Shown: positions 57,103 through 64,000 of the stretch, one piece after another
Layout of the letters: every line of letters begins with the position of its first letter
How positions within the stretch are numbered: position 1 is the first letter of the stretch
NCBI GenBank assembly: GCA_001805105.1
Contig: MHEE01000017.1
Coordinates: 24,131-88,130, forward strand
DNA length: 64,000 nt
From: Nitrospirae bacterium GWF2_44_13
GTDB lineage: Bacteria; Nitrospirota; Thermodesulfovibrionia; Thermodesulfovibrionales; UBA1546
Direction: 5' to 3'
The notes under the pieces: model-generated
What the model was told of the DNA's origin: nothing
Databases searched by the model: none
Seen by the model: the letters and a program-made list of their open reading frames with translations, nothing else
Position numbers and translations under genes: made by a program

Positions 57103-58071
57103 ATGGAAAATATCATTGACATAGCAAAAAAGGTTTTAAGGATTGAGGCGGAGGCTGTCGCTGCTCTCGCGGAAAAACTTGACAGCACTTTTGAAAAAAC
57201 AATAGATATTATATTCAAAAGCAAGGGCAGGGTTGTTGTCACAGGCATGGGCAAATCAGGGCTTGTGGGCAAAAAGATTGCAGCCACTCTTGCATCAACA
57301 GGCACTCCTGCATTTTTTATGCATCCTGCGGAGGCAAGCCATGGAGACCTCGGCATGGTAACATCAGATGACGTAATCATCGCCATATCCAACAGCGGTG
57401 AGACAGAGGAACTTTCAGGGCTGATACCTTTTTTAAAGAGATTCAATGTAGGCCTGATTGCAATGACGGGCAGCCGGAATTCAACCCTTGCAAAATCAGC
57501 GGATGTGCATCTTGATGTGTCTGTCAAGGAAGAAGCGTGCCCTCTCGGAGTCGTGCCGACAGCATCAACAACAGCGGCGCTTGCAATGGGAGATGCTGTT
57601 GCCGTTGCCCTTATGGTGAAGAGGGGGCTGAAGCAGGAAGATTTTGCATTCTTTCATCCCGGCGGGAATCTCGGGAAAAAACTGTTCATAAAAGTCAAAG
57701 ACCTCATGCACACTGGAGACGCCCTTCCTTTTGTATCTCCTCAAACTGAAATGACGAAGGCAGTTGTGGAGATATCATCAAAACGGCTCGGAGTTGCGAT
57801 TGTCAGCGATAAAGACAAAAAGATTTTGGGTGTTTTAACTGACGGCGACATACGCAGGGGCATAGAAAAATGGGGCAAGGATTTCTTTGATATGAAGGCC
57901 GGAGAGGTTATGACAAAAAATCCAAAGACAATCTCCGAAGACGAGCTTGCGGTAAAAGCCCTCTCAATAATGGAGACCCATTCTATAACTTCCCTTGCAG
58001 TCCCTGATTCAGATGGAAAGGCAATCGGCATCATTCACCTGCACGACGTGCTAAAGCAAGGGCTTGCTTAA
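57103..58071 (+). CDS. kdsD: Arabinose-5-phosphate isomerase (KdsD/KpsF)
   Basis: SIS domain (VVVTGMGKSG) plus a tandem CBS pair. Confidence 0.9.
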   Translation: MENIIDIAKKVLRIEAEAVAALAEKLDSTFEKTIDIIFKSKGRVVVTGMGKSGLVGKKIAATLASTGTPAFFMHPAEASHGDLGMVTSDDVIIAISNSGETEELSGLIPFLKRFNVGLIAMTGSRNSTLAKSADVHLDVSVKEEACPLGVVPTASTTAALAMGDAVAVALMVKRGLKQEDFAFFHPGGNLGKKLFIKVKDLMHTGDALPFVSPQTEMTKAVVEISSKRLGVAIVSDKDKKILGVLTDGDIRRGIEKWGKDFFDMKAGEVMTKNPKTISEDELAVKALSIMETHSITSLAVPDSDGKAIGIIHLHDVLKQGLA

Positions 58072-58265
58072 CAATAAGCAAGCAGGTTGTGGCTGGATTA
58101 AGGCAAGATTCACGGGTCTGTCAGAATAGGGGCTGAAGTCGCAACGAAGTGAAGCGGATAGCCCCGCCTGAGAACTTATAGGAGGTTAATCTATCGCACT
58201 AACATCGGCACTTTTAAGAGGTAGTTTAAGGTTGCCGAAGGACAGTCATAGCCTGCGACCTTTAA

Positions 58266-58589
58266 TCAGAATTTTTTGATGCTTCTGAAAAAACAGGTTC
58301 TCTCTCCTGTGTGGCAGGCGCCTGCACCGCGCTGGATTACCTTTACAAGCAGGGTGTCCTCATCGCAGTCATAAAGGATTTCCTTAACTTCCTGCACATT
58401 CCCGGAAGTCTCTCCCTTCATCCAGTATTTCTGCCTTGAGCGCGACCAGAAATGCGTCCGCCCCGTTTGCAGGGTTTTTTCAAGCGATGTTTTATCCATA
58501 TATGCCATCATCAGGACTTCATTGCTTTCCGCATCCTGTATGATTGCAGGTATTAACCCTTTCTCGTCAAATTTTAATTCCGGTACCAT
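58266..58589 (-). CDS. hisI: Phosphoribosyl-AMP cyclohydrolase
   Basis: Start placed at the MVPELKF Met after [13 protein letters not shown]...[17 protein letters not shown]...DCDEDTLL...ACHTG. Confidence 0.9.
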   Translation of the reverse strand: MVPELKFDEKGLIPAIIQDAESNEVLMMAYMDKTSLEKTLQTGRTHFWSRSRQKYWMKGETSGNVQEVKEILYDCDEDTLLVKVIQRGAGACHTGERTCFFRSIKKF

Positions 58590-58672
58590 AGCTCCTCCGT
58601 TAATTGTTTTGATTTTAGCATAAAATAATAATATGTTGATATTTTGCATAACTTTTCAGATAATGAATAAAA

Positions 58673-61363
58673 ATGACTGGCGACACTATCCATAGCATAT
58701 TCTTAAATACAGCAGCTAAACACGGGGATAATATTGCCTTTTATTATCTTGACCGCACATGGAAGACAATAACCTATAGCGCATTTGCTTCAGATTCAAA
58801 AGCCATCGCATCCTGCCTGATAAAAACAGGCATCAACAAGGCTGACAGGATTGCCATATACTCAGAAAACAGGCCTGAATGGTGCGCCGCATACTTAGGA
58901 ATCGTGATTGCCGGAGCAATTGCGGTTCCGGTTGACTCGCAGCTCAATCCTGAATCTTTAAGAAATCTACTCATTGATTCTGAGTCAAGGATTATCTTTT
59001 TCAGCTCAAAGACAGAAGCAAATGTAAATGAAGCAGCCGAGGGGCTGGATATAAGGAAAATAAACCTTGATTCTCCTGATTTTAGGGAGATATGCGGAGC
59101 TAAAGAAGCAATCCGTTATCCTGAGACGTCGCCTGAAGATATCGCCTCCATCATCTATACATCAGGGACAACAGGGATTCCTAAAGGCGTAATGCTGACG
59201 CACGGAAATTTCTGCTCTGATGCAGATGCTCTGATAAAGGCAGGCGTCATCACAAAATCCGATAATGTCCTTTCGCTTCTGCCTCTGCACCATACCTATC
59301 CATTCATGTCCACATTCCTTGTGCCGCTTTTTTTAGGCGCGGCAATAACATATTCCCCGAGTTTAAAGGGGCCTGACATTACTTCAGCAATGAAAGACAA
59401 CGGCGTTACCATTCTTGTCGGCGTTCCTCAACTGCTTGAGATGATAAGAAACGGGATTCTTGATAAATTTAAAAAACTTCCGGCGCCCTCGCCATTGTTA
59501 ATGAAAACGCTCTTGAAATTTTCCGGCAGCCTGAGAAAGAAAACAGGCATCAATATCAGCAAGGCAATACTCAAGCCGGTTCACAATGCGCTTGGAAGCA
59601 GGTTCAGGTTTTTTGCGAGCGGAGGCGCAAAGCTTGACCCCCAGGTGATGGAAGGACTTGAGGCATTGGGCTTTACAGTACTTGAAGGCTACGGGCTTAC
59701 AGAGACATCTCCTGTTGTTACGTTCAACCCGATAAATAAGCGGAAGCCCGGCTCTGCCGGAAAACCGCTGCCTTCCGCGGAGATAAAAATAATAAGCCCT
59801 GCGGACGGAAGTGTATTAGGTTTGATGAAGGAAGGAGAGATTGCAATCAGAGGCCCTATGGTAATGAAGGGCTATTATAAAAACCCGACGGTAACAGAGC
59901 AGGCCATCAGAGACAATTATTTTTTCAGCGGAGACCTCGGATATATTGACAGAGACGGCTACCTCTTTATCACAGGACGCATAAAGGAAGTTATCGTTCT
60001 CGGTTCAGGCAAAAATATATATCCCGAAGAGGTAGAAAAAGAATATTCAAAGATTCCTCTGATTAAAGAGATCTGCGTCCTTGGCATTGAAGAAAAAGGC
60101 GGGATAGAAGCCCTTCATGCAATCATCGTCCCTGATTTTGACTATGCAAGACAGCAGCAGACAGGCAATATCCATGAGGCGCTGGGATGGGATCTGAGCC
60201 GTATCTCAGGCAAGCTGCCGCCTTACATGCGGATTAAAGGTTTTACACTGTCTTCCGAGCCTCTGCCGAGGACTCCTCTCGGGAAATTGAGAAGGTTCAT
60301 GATTAAAGACCTGGTAAAAGTTAAAAGTGAAAAGTTCCCGCCTCGGGCGGGTTCGCCTGTGGCGAAGAGTGAAGATAAAGAACTCATGGCAGATGAAACA
60401 GGCAGAAATGTCATTGAATGCTTAACGCCTTTTCTTAAAGAACCCTTGCCGATTCAGTCTAAAGACAATCTTGAGCTTGACCTCGGACTTGATTCGCTTC
60501 AGAGAATAGAGCTTGTTGTAAGCCTTGAAAATAAATTCTCCATAAAACTCCCTGAGACCTTTGCATCGGATATCCAGACAGTCGGAGAGATAGTGGAAAA
60601 GATAAAGGGGTCAGCCATCAGCAGTCAGCTATCAGCAGTCAGCTATCAGCAAGCGGAAAAAGGGCTTTCTCATATCTTCTCACAGGAGCCGGAGGACGCG
60701 GAGAAGAAAAAAGTCGGGCTTAAACAAGGAATGATAGGATGGTTGTTTGTCTCAAGCCTGATGCTGTTATTCAAACTATTCTTCAGAATTTTCTTCAGGC
60801 TTGAGGCTAAAGGTGTAGAAAATATCCCTAATGTTCCTTTTATCATCGCCCCAAACCATTGCAGCAATCTGGATGGTTTTGCCATAGGCGCTGCCGTTCC
60901 ATTAACCACCTATAAAACGCTCTATTTTCAGGGATTCCAGAAATATTTCACAGGCAGGCTGACTGCATTTTTTGCAGGGCTCGCGCATGTTATACCCATA
61001 GACCCGGAGACATATCTGGGCAAAGCTCTCCAGCTTTCTGCCTATGTATTGAAAAATAACAAGGCGCTCTGCATATTTCCTGAAGGCGGAAGGTCTTATG
61101 ACGGAACTCTGATGGAATTTAAAAAGGGCATCGGCATTCTTGCCTTGGAACTCAACGTGCCGGTTGTCCCTGCATCAATAAAAGGAAGTTTTGAGTCGCT
61201 TCCAAAGGGCGCATACTTGCCGAGATTTAAAAAGATAACAATACGTTTTGATAAACCTTTTTATCCGTCATTGCTGGACATAACCGGAGAACAGGCCGGC
61301 AGAGGTAAATATCAGCTTTTTGCGGATAAGCTAAGGGAGCGGGTGAAAGAATTAATCCATTAA
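58673..61363 (+). CDS. Acyl-CoA/acyl-ACP ligase (AMP-binding) fused to a carrier-protein-like domain and a PlsC-type acyltransferase
   Basis: 896 aa with the AMP-binding motifs (YTSGTTGIPKG, GYGLTE), a PP-binding-like DLGLDSLQRIEL, a TM segment, then NHCSNLD (HX4D) and FPEGGRS acyltransferase motifs. Confidence 0.8.
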   Translation: MTGDTIHSIFLNTAAKHGDNIAFYYLDRTWKTITYSAFASDSKAIASCLIKTGINKADRIAIYSENRPEWCAAYLGIVIAGAIAVPVDSQLNPESLRNLLIDSESRIIFFSSKTEANVNEAAEGLDIRKINLDSPDFREICGAKEAIRYPETSPEDIASIIYTSGTTGIPKGVMLTHGNFCSDADALIKAGVITKSDNVLSLLPLHHTYPFMSTFLVPLFLGAAITYSPSLKGPDITSAMKDNGVTILVGVPQLLEMIRNGILDKFKKLPAPSPLLMKTLLKFSGSLRKKTGINISKAILKPVHNALGSRFRFFASGGAKLDPQVMEGLEALGFTVLEGYGLTETSPVVTFNPINKRKPGSAGKPLPSAEIKIISPADGSVLGLMKEGEIAIRGPMVMKGYYKNPTVTEQAIRDNYFFSGDLGYIDRDGYLFITGRIKEVIVLGSGKNIYPEEVEKEYSKIPLIKEICVLGIEEKGGIEALHAIIVPDFDYARQQQTGNIHEALGWDLSRISGKLPPYMRIKGFTLSSEPLPRTPLGKLRRFMIKDLVKVKSEKFPPRAGSPVAKSEDKELMADETGRNVIECLTPFLKEPLPIQSKDNLELDLGLDSLQRIELVVSLENKFSIKLPETFASDIQTVGEIVEKIKGSAISSQLSAVSYQQAEKGLSHIFSQEPEDAEKKKVGLKQGMIGWLFVSSLMLLFKLFFRIFFRLEAKGVENIPNVPFIIAPNHCSNLDGFAIGAAVPLTTYKTLYFQGFQKYFTGRLTAFFAGLAHVIPIDPETYLGKALQLSAYVLKNNKALCIFPEGGRSYDGTLMEFKKGIGILALELNVPVVPASIKGSFESLPKGAYLPRFKKITIRFDKPFYPSLLDITGEQAGRGKYQLFADKLRERVKELIH
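60610..60651. repeat. Heptamer array (GTCAGCY/ATCAGCA x6) in the linker of the ligase-acyltransferase fusion
   Basis: gtcagcc atcagca gtcagct atcagca gtcagct atcagca is 42 nt, read as SAISSQLSAVSYQQ. Confidence 0.9.
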
Positions 61364-61490
61364 GCAATGCTGGATAATTAATTCTCAAATTATCTCGCCC
61401 TTACCTTTGCAACCCTTGATTTAAAAGTAAATTGGAGGCAATATAGAGATAACATTGAAAAGAAGATTATGTTTAAAAAATAAATAAATT

Positions 61491-61865
61491 ATGACTAATC
61501 AAAATATCATATTGTATCTTGGACTAGCAGTTCTTGCCGTCTATTTTGTTTTATTCTTGAAGCTTTTAAACACACTGACTAAAGAGGAACAAATCGCCCT
61601 CCAGAAAATGCGCTCGAAATTTATGATGCTTACATCTGTAATTCCATTTATTATGCTTGTCTATTTCAATGGATTTTATCAGCGGCTGGGGCTGGGTGCA
61701 TACATTGTTATATCAACTACAATAGAAACCATATTACACCATGCAAAATTGCGCAGAGCCAATTTCAATCCATCTTATGAGCAAAGGCTCTTGAAGATAA
61801 CTTATCTGTCTGCTATAGGAACAATTTTCATAATCTCATGGTTTATAATTACATCGAGAACATAA
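61491..61865 (+). CDS. Hypothetical small membrane protein
   Basis: 124-aa ORF with 3-4 hydrophobic segments. It has no recognisable motif and no clear RBS. Confidence 0.45.
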   Translation: MTNQNIILYLGLAVLAVYFVLFLKLLNTLTKEEQIALQKMRSKFMMLTSVIPFIMLVYFNGFYQRLGLGAYIVISTTIETILHHAKLRRANFNPSYEQRLLKITYLSAIGTIFIISWFIITSRT

Positions 61866-62069
61866 CAACAGGCTGTACGGCGACCGGGAATAGCCTCTTA
61901 CTTTATCCGGTTAGGCCGGTTGCCCCGCGCCATTTAGCTGAGTCGCTATGTTCAAATTGCAAATACCCATCAAATATCTGCCACACCGCAGCCTAACCCA
62001 GTTAATTCATAAATTTTGATTGGAATGGAAGAATTAGAGCAAGGTGATAAACAGGACTTAAAAAATTAT

Positions 62070-63014
62070 TTAAAGAACTGACAAAGGGGCAATAACCCCC
62101 TGCCCTTTATATTTCTTCCCCTGAAATGTATCCCTCTCAATAAACCTCTGCTGTATGTCGTTTGTAATCTGATGCCTGCTCCTGTCCCATCTCGGCGCAA
62201 TAAGCATGTCGTCAGGGGTTGTTGCAAAGAGCCGCTGAAGAACAATATCAGGAGAAAGCCTCTCTATGAAATCCACAACAAAATCCAGATACTCTTCATA
62301 TTCAAATGTATGAAAGGGATTTTCTTTGTACATCTGCGCCAGCGGCGTATCCTTCACAACCTGAAGCTGGTGTATCTTCAGGAAATCAAGGTGAAGTCCG
62401 GATACCTCATCCGCCATATTGAGCGTTTCTTCTCTTGTCTCTGTTGGAAATCCCACAATCAGATGCGCGCCTACAAAGATGCCTTTGCTCTTTGTCAGAG
62501 AAACAGCATCAAGAAAAGTTTTATAATCATGCCCCCTGTTTATGAACCTGAGTGTCTTATCATAAATTGACTGGAACCCGTATTCCACAAGAATAAAATG
62601 CTTCTTTGCTAAAGACTCAAGCAGTGCGAGCTTTTCGCTGTCAATGCAGTCAGGCCTCGTTCCTATGGCAAGTCCGATGACTGACGGCTCCTGCAATGCC
62701 TCTTTATAGAGCGATTCCAGTTCCTCAACAGGCGCGTATGTGTTTGAATATGGCTGAAAATATGCAAGGAATTTGCTTGCTTTGTATCTCCTGCTCAGAT
62801 ATGCAATGCCGTTTGTTATCTGCTCTTTTACTGACATTGAAGGCTTGCATGAGCTTGGCCTGAAGCTGTCATTGTTGCAGTAAATGCAGCCTCCAAAACC
62901 GAGACTGCCATCCCTGTTCGGGCATGTAAAACCGGCGTCAATGTTAACTTTATAAACATTTGTGCCGAACTGCTTTTTCATGTACTGCCCGAATGCATTA
63001 TATCTCTGCGTCAT
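62070..63014 (-). CDS. TIGR01212-family radical SAM protein (YhcC-like)
   Basis: 314 aa. FTCPNRDG...GGCIYCN cluster region and overall TIGR01212 pattern. Confidence 0.85.
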   Translation of the reverse strand: MTQRYNAFGQYMKKQFGTNVYKVNIDAGFTCPNRDGSLGFGGCIYCNNDSFRPSSCKPSMSVKEQITNGIAYLSRRYKASKFLAYFQPYSNTYAPVEELESLYKEALQEPSVIGLAIGTRPDCIDSEKLALLESLAKKHFILVEYGFQSIYDKTLRFINRGHDYKTFLDAVSLTKSKGIFVGAHLIVGFPTETREETLNMADEVSGLHLDFLKIHQLQVVKDTPLAQMYKENPFHTFEYEEYLDFVVDFIERLSPDIVLQRLFATTPDDMLIAPRWDRSRHQITNDIQQRFIERDTFQGKKYKGQGVIAPLSVL

Positions 63015-63081
63015 GTTTAATTATTGACCTTTACAGAGCGCCGTGTCAATCAGCAGTCACAGGTGATATACTATCTCCATT

Positions 63082-63501
63082 ATGACAATATTTTCTGTAA
63101 GTGAGGCAAAAGTAAGCGCATTAAAGGCAAAGATGCTCAGCCTTAACATCCGTGCTCGGGATATAGAAGAATCTTTCATCCGTTCAGGAGGAAAGGGCGG
63201 GCAGAATGTAAACAAGACTTCCACATGCGTTTATCTCAGGCATATCCCGACAGGGATTGAGGTTAAATGCCAGAAGGAACGCTCGCAGTCTCTTAACCGC
63301 TATCATGCAAGGATAATCCTTGTGAAAAAAATAGAACAGCTGATAAAAGGAAAGGAAAGCGAAGAACGGCAGATAATAGAAAAAATCCGGCGCCAGAAGA
63401 GAAAGCGTTCAAAAAGGGCCAAGGAAAAGATTCTTGCTGAAAAAAGAATCGTATCTGAAAAGAAAAGGCTCCGCTCTAAGATTGATACTCGTGATATTTA
63501 G
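63082..63501 (+). CDS. arfB: Peptidyl-tRNA hydrolase ArfB-like (RF-1 domain, GGQ motif)
   Basis: 139 aa with SGGKGGQNVNKTST and a lysine/arginine-rich C-terminal tail. Confidence 0.8.
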   Translation: MTIFSVSEAKVSALKAKMLSLNIRARDIEESFIRSGGKGGQNVNKTSTCVYLRHIPTGIEVKCQKERSQSLNRYHARIILVKKIEQLIKGKESEERQIIEKIRRQKRKRSKRAKEKILAEKRIVSEKKRLRSKIDTRDI

Positions 63502-63520
63502 GCGCAGTTTCCACGCCCGC

Positions 63521-64000
63521 TTATCTCTTCACCCTTAATACTCCGTCCATTGACGCTATCTTCTGTATGATGGCTGTAAGCTGTTTTTTGTCCCTGACCT
63601 CAACAATGAACGTAATCTGCGCTGTCTGGTCAGGAGTTGAAAATGCCTCAAGATGACTGATGTTTACATTCTCGGATGACACAAGCGTGCTGAGGTTCGC
63701 AAGCACGCCCGGCTTATCCACTGATTCAACCAATAATCTTGCAGGGTATGTTGTGTCACCGTCCTGCCTCCACTCAACATCAACAAGCCGCGCATTGTCA
63801 ATTGCAAGCCTTTCAAGGTTATGACACTTCTTGTTGTGAATTGTCACCCCTTTGCCCCTTGTGATAAATCCTACGAGACCGTCTCCTGGCACAGGATAAC
63901 AGCACTTTGCAGTATGGTAGAGGATGTTGTCTATTCCCTTTATGCTTATCCCTTTCTGTTCTGCTAAAGGCTTAACAGGCTTTGCAGCTATCTCTTCCGC
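63521..64000 (-). CDS. RelA/SpoT-family (p)ppGpp synthetase/hydrolase, C-terminal part (truncated by the window edge)
   Basis: The frame stays open to position 64000. CCYPVPGDGLVGFITRGKGVTIH (the conserved Cys region) and a terminal ACT domain are present. Confidence 0.85.
   Translation of the reverse strand, partial: AEEIAAKPVKPLAEQKGISIKGIDNILYHTAKCCYPVPGDGLVGFITRGKGVTIHNKKCHNLERLAIDNARLVDVEWRQDGDTTYPARLLVESVDKPGVLANLSTLVSSENVNISHLEAFSTPDQTAQITFIVEVRDKKQLTAIIQKIASMDGVLRVKR

Noticed and set aside
61858-61953. An attC-like hairpin after the 124-aa membrane ORF
   Set aside because: GAACATA pairs with TATGTTC, GCGAC pairs with GTCGC, and a GTTAGGC box is present. However, the arms are strongly asymmetric and the R''/R' boxes do not pair in register. 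The evidence is too weak to call.

Overview
This is a 64-kb chromosomal segment from a diderm bacterium, shown by Tol-Pal and the Kdo/LPS genes; I cannot assign a taxon from the sequence alone. The backbone is densely packed housekeeping genes:
- dxs, tlyA, tolQ-tolR-tolA-tolB-pal-cpoB, moaA, tRNA-Val and gap-pgk.
- A DUF1015 gene, cdd, leuB-leuD fused to an oppABC-like permease operon, a GspE-type ATPase, uvrA and argS.
- An orphan tRNA-Ile/tRNA-Ala/5S rRNA cluster, feoB-fur, polA and tal.
- larE, rng plus its usual radical-SAM partner, a coaE-riboflavin kinase fusion, a U32 peptidase and priA.
- kdsB-pyrG-kdsA-kdsD, hisI, an acyl-CoA ligase/ACP/PlsC fusion, a TIGR01212 radical SAM gene, arfB and the 3' end of relA/spoT.

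Two things stand out.
1. Four small accessory islets sit between housekeeping genes. They are an orphan antitoxin plus an m5C R-M/Vsr system; an HExxH gene with an in-frame TAG plus HicBA; a GmrSD-like DUF262/DUF1524 nuclease plus a RelE/ParE pair; and VapBC plus an unknown membrane protein. Each is associated with hairpins that look like integron attC sites (RYYYAAC...GTTRRRY). No integron integrase lies in the window.
2. At least eight conserved genes carry short tandem heptamer or octamer arrays, or hairpin-forming double arrays, embedded in frame. Members of the same repeat family are read in the same frame in unrelated proteins (QD.GYKIQDK..NRASCIM.HAS; SPIH.FT.SP; SAVS/QLS). This resembles Rickettsia palindromic elements or cyanobacterial STRR heptamers.

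No CRISPR array, transposase or prophage was seen.
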